A stretch of DNA of 64,000 nucleotides from the human T2T-CHM13v2.0 reference genome, Homo sapiens. A model generated the notes under the pieces. That model was given only the letters and a program-made list of their open reading frames with translations, was not told the DNA's origin and ran no database searches. Position 1 is the first letter of the stretch. Every line of letters begins with the position of its first letter. Below, piece by piece: positions 26,942 to 41,190 of the stretch. Both the position numbers and the translations under genes were made by a program. The DNA lies in NCBI RefSeq assembly GCF_009914755.1, contig NC_060933.1; one strand, written 5' to 3'.

Positions 26942-27595
26942 CTGTGGACACAGAGAGACTCAGGGAGGGGTCCGTAGGCAGGGACACTCAGGGAAGGGAA
27001 GGCAGCTGTCACCTGGGGCCAGAAACCTCTGCTTGCTGAACCATTTATCTCCAAAGGGTATTCCATGAAATGATCAGATTTTTTTTTCCTCTTCTGGTTT
27101 ACCGCAGGTGCCATTTTCCAGTGGGAAAATCAAGGCACAGACATCTTCAATGGTTGCTCTTCCCTGGAATGCTATTACTGTTACCATTGTATCGTTGTCG
27201 TTATTATTAGGAGCAGTTGCTGTTAGCTGAGTACTAACTCCGCGTCAGGTACTGGGAAGGCTGGGAGGCAGGTGCTTTGTCCCATTTTACAAGAGAATAC
27301 TGACACTCAGATTGGCACTTGCTCAACGTTGCAGGTGCAAAATTAGAACCCAGCTCTGCCCCACTCCTCAGTCAGCCCTGCATACCCTCTGCCAGTGCCT
27401 GGCTAATAACTCCCCAAGGCCCAATTCCAGCTGGGGTAAGGCCCCAGGCTCAGCCCCATTTCAGAGAGTAGATGGGCTGCTTACCAGGTACAGAGTCCAG
27501 AACTCAGCTCTCCAGACCCCTACTCCTCCCAGGGCTCTCCCACCTCGACTCCAACAGCCCCTCGGCCCAGCCTGGCACCCTGCAGGGCTGCCTAC

Positions 27596-27769
27596 CATCA
27601 CCAGGGACACCGCAGTACTCTCTGCACTCCTTCTCTGAGTAGAACTTGTTCCCGTTGCCCTGGCAGCCCCCGTAGGGGAAGAGGACGCACTTCCCCTTGA
27701 CAGCATCAAATGCCCAGAGCTGGATGAAGGCTCGGCAGGGGCCCCGGACTATGGGGAGATTGCAGGCCG
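27596..27769 (-). CDS. AMBP: AMBP exon 9, Kunitz domain 2 (P1 Arg)
   Basis: [57 protein letters not shown]; AG/GT boundaries; 174 nt. Confidence 0.97.
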
Positions 27770-28094
27770 CTGTGGAGTGGAGAGAGGCATGGAACTTGAG
27801 AAACCCTTGTGACTGCTGATCAGACATACATGAGACTGCTGAGCCAGAGGGCCCTGCTCATCTAGAACACCTCATCCCTCGTTGACAGATGGGGAAACTG
27901 GGGCCCACAGGAAGAAAATGATTTGCCCGAGGTCCTCCACATCCAAAGGTGGAATTCCTAAGATTTCAGGAAACCGCCTGGAGTTCTACCACTGGAATGC
28001 CCTCTGTTAGCTACCTTTTCAATTCGCAGGTGGTTTACTGGAGGGACAGGGTCTTGAGGGTGCAGAGCGCACAGGGGTGGGGACCCGCACTCAC

Positions 28095-28262
28095 CCACAG
28101 TTCGGCAGGTCTGCAGACACTCCTTTTCTGTGACGAAGTTGTTACCGTTGCCCATGCAGCCGCCGTACTGGAAAGTCTCACAGGCCATGGATGTACCATT
28201 ATAGAAATACCTGCTGGTCATTCCCATGCAGGGACCGGCCGAGTAGCCCAGCTGGCAGGAAT
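28095..28262 (-). CDS. AMBP: AMBP exon 8, Kunitz domain 1 (P1 Met)
   Basis: [56 protein letters not shown]; 168 nt. Confidence 0.97.
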
Positions 28263-29347
28263 CTAGGGAGGGGCAGACCAGCAGCACTGACCAAGTGTTG
28301 ACTGTGTACCCATTATCAGGCTGGGCACTTGATATGCGCCATCTCATTTAATTTTCACTAAAAGGATTATCAATTCTTTTTCGATAAGCAAACTGACTCT
28401 CAGAGAGGTGAAGTAACTTGGCCGGGGTCACATAGAGCTAAGATTCAAAACCCTGTCTCCAAAACCAATGCCCATTCCACTCCATGTCATGGGGAGTTAC
28501 CAGTGAACCACAGGCCCACTGTCCCCCTGTATTGGTCTTGCCTGCCCCAAAACTCTGTAATAGTAGTTGATGACATATGTACCAGCACCCACACTGGCCA
28601 GCCTGACCTTTTCACCAAGTCCCACCCACCCTGCCTTTGCTCCCATTGTTCCTTGCTCCCTGGAATGCCACCCTCCATAAAACTTTACCTGGATGCCTGG
28701 ACACAGTGTGAATTCCCCTTTATCCATGAAGTCCTCCTGATCCCCTCACCCCTCCAACGTCTCAGCTCCCCCTGCCCTTTAGCTGACCCTTCCTTTTGGG
28801 CCCATCACCTACTCCCTTGGATGCCTTCCCCACTAGACCAGAAGTTCCAAAATGACACAAGTGGTCTGTGTGACCCTAGTGCCCAGCACAGGGCCTGGGG
28901 CGGAGCAGGGTTCAGTGTTTGTTTGCTGATCGAGTTGGAGAGGAAGTTGTTATGTCATGGACACTGTCAACTACACAAAGCATTCACATGTCCCTCCCCG
29001 ACTTCCTCCTACAAGAGCCCTGATGTTTAGCCCCACAGGCTATTATCCCATAATATGGATGAGGAAACCAAGGCTAGGAGGCCACACAGTCATACAGACA
29101 GGGCAAGAACCAGCTTCTCATCATGGAGTTGACAGTTCTCAAGCCCAGGACGATGCCTCATGCTCTTCTCTCTGCCCCCACAACCCCTGGCAGAGTGCAG
29201 AGTACTTGATTTGCCTTTTCTCAGTCCAGCCCTTGAGTCTCTAACAGATAAAGAGACTGCACTGATAAGAGTAGCCAGGGTGAGCCAACTGTGGGCCCTT
29301 CCTTTCTGGAGTATGGCAGAGGGGGTGAAAAGGCAGGTGTTCATTAC

Positions 29348-29429
29348 CTTCTTTCTTGGTGACTTCAGTTACCAGTTGCCCACCCCCTGATCCTTCCTCT
29401 TCTTGGGGTAGCACAGCCCTCCGGACTCT
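29348..29429 (-). CDS. AMBP: AMBP exon 7: RVRR cleavage site and bikunin N-terminus with the glycosaminoglycan-attachment Ser
   Basis: RVRRAVLPQEEEGSGGGQLVTEVTKKE; acceptor CAG, donor GTAATG; 82 nt. Confidence 0.96.
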
Positions 29430-30249
29430 CTGCGGGGGAGAGAAAGAGAAGAAGCAGTTGCAGACTCCTTGCCGCTATTGCTTTCCTGTACCCCTGGAAT
29501 ATATAAATGAACAACTTGCTTTGGGAATCAGGGTAGGTAGGAACACAGCTCTTAGACTGGTTAAAGGAGACTGTTTTCCCAAAAGTGTCAACCTGAATTC
29601 CTGAACAGGCATCAGAGGACAGATTTCTGGTCTGAAATGAAATTTAAAACCATGAGGTATGACAATAGCCCCATATCCAACTCCCAGTTGAAGTGCCTAA
29701 AGGAATATAGTAATGAAAAGGTACCTCCCAGAGTTGGAAACCAGGGGAGAGCAGCACCCTCACACTAAAGATGTGAAGGCATTGTTGCACAACAGAGCAC
29801 AGGTGCAACTGGTTTACAGGAAGGGCTGACCAGATCATCATTAGCTGCTTGCAGAAAAAAAAAAAAATCCAGAGAGAAAGAAGGGACCCTGAAACTGATC
29901 CTAACTCCTTGCTGTGGTGGTGGGGACTGCAGAGCAGGGCAGGCTGCCAAAGCTGCCAAGAGGGCCTCTGGGTGTAGAGTCCTTGAGGCAGGATCCCAGG
30001 GCAATTATAGAAGAGATGAGCAGCCCTGCCCACAGGTGAGACCTGGAACTTGAGAAGGTAGCTGTAGTAATCTCAAAATTTCCCATCTCCTTTTCAGGGG
30101 CAACAAAACACTGTGAAAACTGTCAGGGACTTTCATTGTCTTCCAGACCAGTCTTAAGCTGGTGGCATATAGGCTTTCCTTGATGAGGATAGAGAAATGG
30201 AGAAAAATCGTGGGACAAGTTAAATACTGCAGCTGCCAGAATTGGGTTG

Positions 30250-31300
30250 GGATGAAGAAATACCCTTACTAAATGGGAGATATTCTGGATCTTCTGGAAT
30301 TCAGGTTGATGGCAGTAAGAAACAGAAGAACACTTAAACCTTCCCTGAAATTCAAGATGACATGCATCCAAAAAAACAACAAAAAAAAGATGACATACAT
30401 CCATATAACAGGAGCCAACAGTGATGGAAATGAATATGTGAAAGTAGAAAATTGTTGAACATTAAAATGATGTTGAATTTAACCACACCATAGAGATGAT
30501 AAAGTGCAGTTTCCATGCTACAGGAAATAAATCCACATAATAGGATTTCCAGGAGAGAAAATCAATACAGAAATAATAGAAGAAAACTTTTTGAGTTAAA
30601 GAAAGATTTGAGTTGCCCAATTATAGGGAAAAAGGGAATCAGGCAAAATTAGGGAAGAGCTCCTTCTTGGACATTCCTAGGGACAAAGAATAAAGAGCCT
30701 GGTGGCCCTCAGAGTAAGTGACAGCATTTAACGACAGAAGTCCCAGAGCAATATCTGAAGGTTTTAAGAGGGAAAAGGTTGTAACCCAGGGATCCTTCAC
30801 TCATCCAAGCCACTGGCCGTATGATATAACCACAGAAAGACATTCTCAGCCTTGCAAGGATTCAGACATTTGCCACCCATGTATCTTTCCTGAAAAAATT
30901 ATTTGTAGAAATAGTCCCACCAATTAAGAAGGGAATCTAAATGCCAGAAATTAAAGATGTAATGTCAAAGAAATAATGATAAGGTATAAAGCCAATAAAA
31001 TATAGAGATTTACAATAAATAATTGCTAACATGGTTATGTGATTTACTGGGAATATTTAGAAACAATTTTTTTAAAAAAAAATAAAGGTAGAAAATGTAA
31101 ACAATTTCAGATCATATCCACAAAAACAGGTATGGGGAAAAATCTGAAAGGATGAACATGGTGAGAAACGGGAAATAGAAGTGTGCTGTATTTCACTCTT
31201 TTGCAAGGGGAGTCATTAGCTTTGGTTTTATTATTGACATTGATAAAGAAATACAGATTTAGTTGACATCTGGATTAAAAGAGCAGATTGAAACTCTCCT
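30250..31300 (+). mobile_element. Ancient L1 ORF1-like / HAL1-like fragment
   Basis: A-rich decayed sequence (AGAAATAATAGAAGAAAACTTT...GAAAGATTTGAG) resembling the L1 ORF1 region; family uncertain. Confidence 0.45.
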
Positions 31301-31816
31301 CTAGAGTTCTCCCCCCAATACCTAACATTTAGCAAAAAAAAAAATGAGTTTAAAAGCATAGCCCCAGCCCCCAAATTGTCATCAGTGTCACTCAAGGAAA
31401 GGATCCCAACTTAAAGCCAAAAACTTTAAAACTGGCAACCAAGGAAAAAAACACAAGACATTTTGGAACTGAATAGAATGGCTCAGCTGTGCCCTGCAAC
31501 CTCCAGGCCTGGTATGTCATCAGATTTATTATTCTTCCTAATACTTCTAAATCCAGAAGGAGAAAACTGAGGGGCACCCCATCCCTTTCCTTTCCTGACA
31601 GAGGAGTAGTGAACATGCCTTTTGGAGAGAAAGGAGTAAAAAGCAAAAATGGAGTTCACAGAATGGGAGGAATGGTAGTAAAAGTTCCAGGGCTATACAA
31701 TTGAGTGCTCCAGGACATGTTGTCGTAGGATGGATTATATCACACCAGCCCACCTAGGGATAATGAGCCCCATCCAGAACATTCAGCAGTCCTTCCAAAC
31801 AGAAGCAGAGGAAGGA

Positions 31817-32262
31817 TGTTATGGATTGAACTGTGACCCCCAAAATTCATATACTGGGGTCCTAACCCCCCAGAACCTCAGAATGTGACCTTATTTGGAA
31901 ATCAGATTGTTCAGATGCAATTAATTAAGATGAGGTTATTAGGGTGGACCCTAATCCAATATGAGTGGTGTCCTTATAAACGGGTGATTCGCACACATAG
32001 AGAACTCCCTGTGAAGATAAAGGTGGGAATTGGGATGATGTTTTTAACAAGCCAAGGAACACCAGAGACTGCCAGCAAACCACCAGAGGCCATGGGAGAG
32101 ACACGGCACAGATTCTTTCTCGAAGCCCACAGAAGGAACCAACCCTACCAACAACTTGATCTTGGACTTCTGGCTTCCAGAACTGTGAGACAGCAAATCT
32201 GTGTTGTTTAAATCCCCAGCTTGTGGTTCTCTGTTACGGCAGCCCCCGGAAACACACAGACA
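31817..32262 (+). mobile_element. MLT1 (MLT1C-like) MaLR solo LTR
   Basis: TG...CA ends; CCTCAGAATGTGACCTTATTTGGAAA and GGACTTCTGGCTTCCAGAACTGTGAGA. Confidence 0.88.
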
Positions 32263-33041
32263 GTATTCAGACCCGCATGTGCACCTCGGGGCAGTTCATT
32301 ACCCCACCCCCACCCCCACCCTCACCATTCCCTTGGACTTTACAAAAGTTGATGAACATAAAACACCCAGATCTTACACTAAAGTAGGATGGGGCTAGGG
32401 GGAGGTGGGATTGGGCTCAAATTTGATGGGAAGAGGACCAAGGAGTAAATGACACCTCCCATTGTACCAGAACAAACAGAAAGTCTGGATAAAGCTGACG
32501 AAGAAGAAGCAAGATGAAGATAAATGGTACAGAAACTACCCAAACCCACCTCAGAAGTGAATAAAAAAATAAATAACCTGAATAAGAGAAAGAGCCCAGC
32601 TGTGGTGGACACCTTAATAAACTACCTGGATTTCCCTCAGCAATGGATGTACTTTCTCAGTCGCTGGCAGTGCTACTGTCAGACAGCCCCCAGGGGTCAG
32701 CCTTTTGGGGACTGTGGCAGCTAAAGGAGCCATCTTACCCAAGGTCATGCGCACCTCCCAGACTGATCAACACAGGGGTATTAGGGCTCAGCCCCTTTGC
32801 AGCATCTTGGGATGTCTCTGAAATGTCAGAGGTCCCTGTAGTGTTGGCTGAGGCATTGTAACTGCATCACAGCTGGACTGCTTCCTCTGCCCTATCCTGC
32901 CTTCATGTCTTCTCCCCTACAGGTGTTGGTCCTGGGGAACCCAACCTGTGATACCAGAAGAAAACAGAACTCAAGAAACAGAAGGAAATTCCTCAATGCC
33001 TTCAAGCTATAGAATTACTTAATCAGAACATGCATTTATGT

Positions 33042-33045
<4 letters not shown>

Positions 33046-33089
<44 letters not shown>
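33046..33089 (+). repeat. (TG)n microsatellite next to an Alu monomer fragment (33090-33192, - strand)
   Basis: Perfect GT run followed by AGAGATGGGGTCTTGCTATGTTGCCCAGGCTGG. Confidence 0.9.
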
Positions 33090-33093
<4 letters not shown>

Positions 33094-33597
33094 ATGGGGT
33101 CTTGCTATGTTGCCCAGGCTGGTCTTGAACTCCTGGCCTCAAGCAGTCTTACTGCCTCAGCCCCGCAGAGTGCTGGGATTATACGCATGAGCAAAAACAA
33201 CAGAATAAGATGAAAAGAGAAAATCCAAGCCTACAGAAACAAATTGAGAACCAAAACAACATAATTCAGAACCAGCAAATAAATTAGAAATAGAAATAGC
33301 AAGGAACAGAATGAAATGACGGTCTGCACAAAGGAATGACTGCTAAAAATGCAATGAATGTCATAGGAGAGAGACTAGTGATAATCCCAGTGAATGCAGA
33401 TGGAAACGACAAAGAGATGAAAGCGACTGGGAAGAAACTAATAGATGTGGAAGGCAAAGATGCTCCTGGATGAGAGAACAAGTGTTCCCGAGGTAGCAAA
33501 ACCCAACAAAAGGAAGGAAGATAAACTCAATGATATCAAGAGAGATTTCCCTCAAACACAGAAGAAATGTAATCTGTATATGAAAAGAGAACATTGA

Positions 33598-33914
<317 letters not shown>

Positions 33915-33933
33915 CAGGATGTATATTTTAAAT

Positions 33934-34245
<312 letters not shown>

Positions 34246-34994
34246 TAAATAGAATTTTCAACATCAAGACAGGTTTTGTTAAGATGTTGATTTTAATGAT
34301 AAAGTTTTCCCAGGCATCTGAACAGAAGAAATAAATTGCCTACAAAGAGAAGAAATATCACACGGGTCTCGGGCTTTTTCATAGCAATAATCGGCGCTTG
34401 AGAACAATGGAGTAACATATACAAAGTTCTAAGGGAAGGAACACGCGACCCAAGACTGTTGCACCCAAGCAAAATGGCATCAAATATGAAGGAAACTGAC
34501 TGACCTTCTCAAACATGGGAGAATTCATGGACTGAAACACCCATGAACCCTCCTCAAAAACACCACCTGGCAAAGAAATGGCACTAATTAAGAGAATAAT
34601 AGAAATAAATAACTCGGGAACGGAGAAGCTGTGGTTATATTCACTACAGGTAAGAACAGAATCCACTAAAGTATAGAACTACTTCTAAAAGATGGGATTA
34701 TGGAGACAGAGAAGACGGGAATGGTATCGATCTAGACAATTTAAAAGACAAAAGAAATTTTCGAAGAGTTGCCACAGAGTTTCACTCTCAAAGGGAGTGC
34801 TCCTGTCTGTCTTTCAAGTCACGGAGATAATAAATATACTCTTTAAAAATATACAGTGATGGCAGCCTCTTAAATGTCTTTTCACAACCTTGACTTTAGA
34901 AGAATCTTTAGGACATAAATCCTCTCATGACTAAATATTCATTTGAAGATCAAGAAGTCCACTTCAGTTTCTTTAAACAAAAAAAAAATCAAAA

Positions 34995-35298
34995 GTCCAG
35001 GCACAGTGACTCACGCCTGTAATCCCAGCACTTTGGGAGACCAAAGCGGGTAGATCTTCTGAGGTCAGGAGTTCAAGACCAGCCTGGCCAACATGGCAAA
35101 ACTCTGTCTCTACTGAAAAAAAAAATACAAAAATTAGCCAAGCGTGGTAGTGGGCACCTGTAATCCCAGCTACTCAGGAGGCTGAGGCAAGAGAATCACT
35201 TGAACCCGGGAGGCGGAGGTTGAAGTGAGCCAAGATCATGCAGCTGCACTCCAGCCTGGGTGACAGAGTGGGACTCTGTCTCAATTAAAAAAAAAAAA
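34995..35298 (+). mobile_element. AluS
   Basis: Full dimer with A tail. Confidence 0.95.
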
Positions 35299-36376
35299 AT
35301 TCAAGTAAAACCACAATTAATGCTTTTAAAAATTAGAAATAGCACTTGTAATATAATCCCATTTAATAACAGTATATCTAAATTTGATCATCCATTTGTC
35401 CTTTTTTCTATAAGTCCTTTTATCCATATGTGTGGCAAGATTCCAGAAACTGTGTGACTGCTGATAGTTTTGAGGTGGTGAGATTAAAAAAAAAAAAAAA
35501 AAAAAAAAACCTTTACTTACCTTTATACTTTTCTGTGTTCCTCTAATTCTTTATAATGACCATTTATTAGTTTTGTAAGATCAATGGTCATTTTCTTTTA
35601 AAATATAGGAGCAAATATCTAATGTGTTAACTGTTAATTCTACATAGGAACAAGGACATTTTGTCTTTTGTGGGGGGTTTATAGTTTCGCAATTTTCAAG
35701 AATATTTTTCCAAATAAATATCACATATATTTATATATATACACATATATATATACACACACAGATATATACCCATGTACATACATACATACATTAGTAG
35801 AATAGGATATATAATTTTCCAAATAATCAGAGACAAGAGAATGAAGAAAGTGTAACTGATGTGGCAAAATGCAAGAAAATAAAAGAGAAGCATAGGAAAG
35901 CCCCAAAATCAGAAGGCAACATAGGAAAAGAGAAGGCTTGAGAAGCTGCTTGTTCTCAGGTTTGCTGATTTTTAGGGAAATCAATTGATTTCTTTTCATG
36001 CTGAATATCATTATTTCATTATTGAGGATTGTTATTTCATTATTGAGTGTTTTACTTCTTTTAGATGCTTTTAGGCACTGTGCTAAGAACTTTTCTATAT
36101 GTCATTAAATTCTGCCACAAGCCCAGAAGGTAATTGTGATTATCCTGTTTTGAAGATGAGACAAGTGAGGTCCAGATGGATTGGCAACTAGTCCAGGTGG
36201 CAGAATCAAGATGGAGCCCCAGTGAGTCTGACTTCAACACTCAATGGCCATCGCTGCCTTCTCTCACCCCCTCCCCATGACTCTGCCTCCCCCCGCAGCA
36301 GGATCAAGTGTGCAGCGTGCCTGGGGCAGAGTGGGGTGGGATGGGGTGGGATGGGGTCGGGGGATGAGGCACTCAC

Positions 36377-36423
36377 CGGGATTAAGATGGGCTCTGGTTC
36401 CTGCTCCCCAGGGACACATTCAC
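36377..36423 (-). CDS. AMBP: AMBP exon 6 (GECVPGEQEPEPILIP)
   Basis: Acceptor CCTAG, donor GTGAGT, 47 nt, phase 1-0. Confidence 0.95.
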
Positions 36424-36868
36424 CTAGGTCACAGAGCAGGAGAGAGGAGTGAATAACAGGACCAGGCCCAGGGGCCATCCTAGACCCGGATTTGTATCTT
36501 TGGTGAGCATCGTGCTGGGAACTTGTCGTGCCTTAGTCCACTTCATGAATGGTCCTGCCTGTGTGGCTTGCTCAAGGCCATTCACTGGAAAAGCAAGAGA
36601 CTGGTGGCTGCACCATCATTACCATCTATCCACTCCACCCCACCCCACTAGCATCATTTTATCAGCATCATGGAAAGAATAGCAATAGCTAACACTGACT
36701 GAGCATTTATGAGCACAGTGCTATTGTACTTAATGGTTTTATTGCATTGCCTTTTACAGCAACTTCTAAGGAAGGTGTTATTATGCCCAATTTACAGAGG
36801 AGGGAAATGAGGCTCTGAGAAGTTGACTAGCCAGAGGCCACACAGCTCAGTTCGAACCCAGGTGCTCT

Positions 36869-39286
36869 TGATGGCAGCAGTGGGCCATCCGGAGTGGCCG
36901 CGGCCATCACACTGGCTGCAGTGGGGAGGCACGAGCATTGGTGGTAGCAGTGACTGCGGAAGTGGCAGTGGTGGAGCTGGGATCCCTGTGGCTCCCACCC
37001 CTGAGGCAGGCAACTGTGCCACCCCCATCCTTATGCAGCCAGGTAGACCCCACTCCCAGGCCCAGAGCCTCTGTTGCTCCACACTCTGGCTCCACCTTGC
37101 CATCCTCGCCCACCATCACTGCGGAGAGGTCATGGGGAGGAGGCTGACAGCCCCCGGAGCCCACCTCTGGGAGCCCCTGGAGCCTGCCACCCTGGCGGCC
37201 GTCACGATGGGGCTGGGCTGAGTCACCTGCCAGCAGGGGAGCAATACAGTTGGGCAGAGAGGGCCCCTGAGGCAGAGCTGGGCCCAGGGCAGTGCTGCAC
37301 TTGCACACAGAGCATGGGGCTGGGCCTGGGGCGTGGAGCTGGGGCGTAGCCTTGGGACCCTGGGGTGGGAAATGGGAGTGGCGTCCACTTCAGGGACCCA
37401 GCCAGTGGCATGGCCACCAGGCCCACCCCACTAAGGGCACCAGGTTCCTGTGCCTTGGGAGGAGGCTGTGTGTGAAGCCACCAGGGGCCATGTCCCCAGG
37501 GTCCACCCCACATTGGGGTGACTGTCAAGCCTGATACTCTGGATGGCTGGGCCTGGGGCCTGCAATCCATTCCTGGAAGCACCCCTTGGGCAGGGCTGCG
37601 AGCCAGGCAAGGGGAGCCTCAGGCCACCCCTGAGTGCTGGGGCCATGGAGGGAGCTTGCCACGATGTCACCCCAGCCCCAGACACCAGCCTGGGCCCAGC
37701 AAGGGCCCACAGCCCCTGCCTCAGGCTGCAAAGGGGTGTGGCTGGGGCTGCACACCCCATTGAGCTGGTGGGAGCTGGGCACAAGTGGGAGCCCTGCCCC
37801 TTCTGAATTGGTGGGATAGGAGCTCCCCAGGTGCAGCAGCAGCCGCCCTGCTGTGGCTGTGGACCCAGGCATTTCTGCACTCTCAGGGCCCAGGAAGGTC
37901 CCCTGCCCACCACAGACTCTAGGATGCCTGCTCCCACTGCCTGGCTTCTCTCTGCTGTTGGTGCCTGCTTTATTTTGGAGCAAGATCAGGGCTGAGCCAG
38001 GGTGCTGTTGCAGCCTGGACAGGTATGCACATGCTCAGGGCAGTGCTGACATGCCAGCTCCCAGCTGCCTCAGCCCCCTCCAGACTTTGGGTGCCAACAA
38101 GCGTGGAAGGGAGGCCGAGTGGGGGCTGATGGCAGCCTGACACTGGCCTGCAGGCGCCCCTTGGCATGAACAGCCTGGGTGCCATGAATAGCAGCAGGAG
38201 GCTGACAGGCTCCTGAGTGGAAGGAGGCTGGTCCCCAGTGAAGCCCCACTTTCAAGCTGGGGAGGGCCTGAAGCCTGGGGCCTGGGCCACCAGTCCTGTG
38301 AACCAGATGGGGAAGTTGGGGTGCTTTTCCCTGGGCCTACCCATGGCCGCCCATGGGCCAGTCAGTACAAACTTGCGTACAGAGCACCCATAAAAACCCC
38401 AGACTCAGCCAGATTCGAACAGAGGACAGAGAGACAAGGGGAGACAATGGGATGACTTGCCTGCAGAGAGGAGACACACACTCTAGGGCCTCCTCTCTGC
38501 TGAGAGCTGCAGCCTCAGCAGATGACCTGCCTGCAGAAAGGAGCTTCCCATTCCAGGGTCTCCTCTCTGCTAGGAGCTGAACACTCATCAGAACACCCTG
38601 GCTGCAGAAAGGAGCTGCCCACTGCAGGTCCCCTCCAAGCTGTTCTATTGCTCAGTAAAGCTCCCCTTCATCTCGCTCACCCTACATTTGTCTGTGTACC
38701 TCATTCTTTCTGGTCACAGGACAAGAACTTGGGACCCACAAAATGGCAAGGCTAACTGTAACACAAACAGGGCTGAAACATGCCCGTTGCTCACCACATT
38801 GCAGGTGAAGAGAAGGAGAGAAAAGCTGCAGCCCTTTGGGGAGCCCAGACCTGGGAGCTCCACCAGCCAGGACTGTAACTCCCTCTTTGGGGCCCTGCAG
38901 TTCTTGGCATCTCCGAGCTTCCAAGCACCACTCCATTCCCTGGCGCCAGCTGGGAAATCTGCTTGTGGTGCACCTGGTCCAGCCATACCCTTACAGAGTG
39001 CTGGCACCATGCCAGCACCTGGAGCTGCCCACCCCATGGCAGCAGCCAGTATGTTTGACTGCAGTGGCTGGACCCCACCCTCACTCACACATCCCTTGCC
39101 GCTTCATGCCTGAGTTGCAGTCTCCCTTGGAGGTGTGGGATCCAGGCCAGTAGCATGAGCCAAGCACGGTCTACCAGGCCAAGTGGGTGGAACAAGCCCA
39201 GCAGGCCCAAGCAAAACTCAGGCAAAGGCACCACTGGCCACAGAGGTTTCCAGCCAGAAAAGCAATGCCCCAAAGATCCCGTAACA
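36869..39286 (+). mobile_element. ERV1 solo LTR, MER52 family, 2418 bp
   Basis: TGATGGCAGC...CCCGTAACA ends; 4-bp TSD CTCT at 36865-68 and 39287-90; TATA-like CATAAAA at 38389; AGTAAA at 38654; interrupts a MIR. Confidence 0.88.
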
Positions 39287-39602
39287 CTCTGATTCCTGAG
39301 CCCACTTTCTTAATCCCAAAACTCTTTTGCCTCCTAAGAGGTATCTGTAGATTCTGGCTACAACCTCCCTGAGACACATGGCAGTAGAATGAACACTGAA
39401 TGGGTTCTAGTCTAAGCTCTGCTAGGAATAAGCTGTGAGACTTGGAGCAAATCCACTGGCTTCCTGATTCACTATGGAGGGGAGGCTGTGGCGCCTTTTT
39501 ATCTCAGAGGGTTATAGTAAGGACCCAGGGGCTGGGATGGTCTCTGGCGCCCACAAGGGACGAAGAGGGGACAGGAATTTGAGGCGGAGGGGTGCTATGT
39601 AC

Positions 39603-39704
39603 CTCGGTCAGCCATGGTGAAGATGGAGTCCTCAGGGATGCCCACACCCTGGGCAACCACTCTGAAGTCCTGCAGGAGAGTTTCCCTCAGCTGCGGCGCC
39701 CGCC
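39603..39704 (-). CDS. AMBP: AMBP exon 5 (GRAPQLRETLLQDFRVVAQGVGIPEDSIFTMADR)
   Basis: AG/GT boundaries; 102 nt; the lipocalin SCR3 motif LYGR spans the exon 4/5 junction. Confidence 0.96.
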
Positions 39705-39927
39705 CTGCAAGGAGGAAGCAGAGGAGACGCCTAGAACCACCAGGTGCTTGGAGTGGAAGGGCCTGAAATGATTTTGCCCAGTGATTTTCACTTAGGGAAA
39801 ATTTGAAAACTATTGATGCAGTTTAATCTATTTGATACACTGAAGGAAAGACAGGCTCCCAAGAGGAAGAGGGGTCTCTCCCAGGTTCCCACCCAGGTCT
39901 CCTGAGTCCCCACAAAGGACTCTTCCC

Positions 39928-40149
<222 letters not shown>

Positions 40150-40153
40150 CCTG

Positions 40154-40458
40154 TTTTTTTGTTTTTTTTTTTTTTGAGACAGGGTCTTGCTCTGTTGCCC
40201 AGGCTGAAATGCAGTGGCACAATCATGGCTCATTGTAGCCTCATACTCCTGGGCTCAAGTGACCCTCCTGCCTAAGCTTCCTGAGTAGCTGGGACTGCAA
40301 GCACACATGCACTATGCCCAGCTAATTCTTTAATTTTTTGTAGAGATGCTGTCTCAGTATATTGCCCAAGGTGGTCTCAAACTCCTGGCCTCAAGCAATC
40401 CTCTTGCCTTGGCCTCTCAAAGTGTTGGGATTACAGGTGTGAGCCACAGCCCCCAGTC
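40154..40458 (-). mobile_element. AluJ
   Basis: Degenerate full dimer. Confidence 0.9.
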
Positions 40459-40695
40459 CCCACTGGTTCTTTTAAGGGCCTGGAGGCTCTGTAATTCTCT
40501 GGGCCTGGAATTTTAGAGATCAAAAAGAGAGAATTTCACCTCCTCCAGGGAGACTCAGTGATTGTACCTTTCTCCAAATTGGAGTTTTGTCAGAAGGAAA
40601 AAGCAAAACTCCCTGTGCTTACCCACTCCACTGTCCATAAATCAATGTCCTCCCACCCTTAACTCCAATGGGCACATCTAGTAATGAGCCTTTAC

Positions 40696-40812
40696 CGTAG
40701 AGCTTGGCAGTAATGGTGGGTCCATGATGGCGGCTGAATTTCTTGGTCAGGAAAATGGCATACTCATCATAGTTGGTGTGGACCACATAGGACTCCATGG
40801 TTATGTTCCATT
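40696..40812 (-). CDS. AMBP: AMBP exon 4 ([39 protein letters not shown])
   Basis: 117 nt; lipocalin SCR2 motif TNYDEY. Confidence 0.96.
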
Positions 40813-40899
40813 CTGCATGGGAGGTGCAGGCAGACCAAAGGGATCAGTGGTCAGTAGACTCTTCTAGCTGGAGGTCCGTCACCTGTTTACTCACACATC

Positions 40900-41190
40900 A
40901 TCTCCTCATCCATCCATCTATCCACCCATGCCTTCCATATCTCCATTTATCAATTCATCCATATTCAATCTCTCCCTATCCACCCATCTATCTCCTCCAT
41001 GTACTCACATTAATTCATCCACCATCACTCAATCCATCTATCCTCTCCATACATCAATTCTCCCTTCCTTCCTTCTTTCCCCTATCACTCCATCAATTTA
41101 CCTATTAGGTAACTGACTCTTTGACTCATTTATCCTTACATATATTCAGTCACCAATCATTTGTTCATTCATCCATCTATCTAGCCAAAC
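40900..41190. repeat. Degenerate (CCAT/TCAT)n low-complexity tract
   Basis: Repeated CATC/CATT units. Confidence 0.7.

Noticed and set aside
28503-29030. 175-aa + strand ORF in AMBP intron 7
   Set aside because: Non-ATG start, partly overlaps an L2-like remnant, no protein motif
36792-39377. Dense set of overlapping 60-170 aa ORFs
   Set aside because: Nearly all lie within the GC-rich solo LTR, where stop codons are scarce; no gag, pol or env motifs
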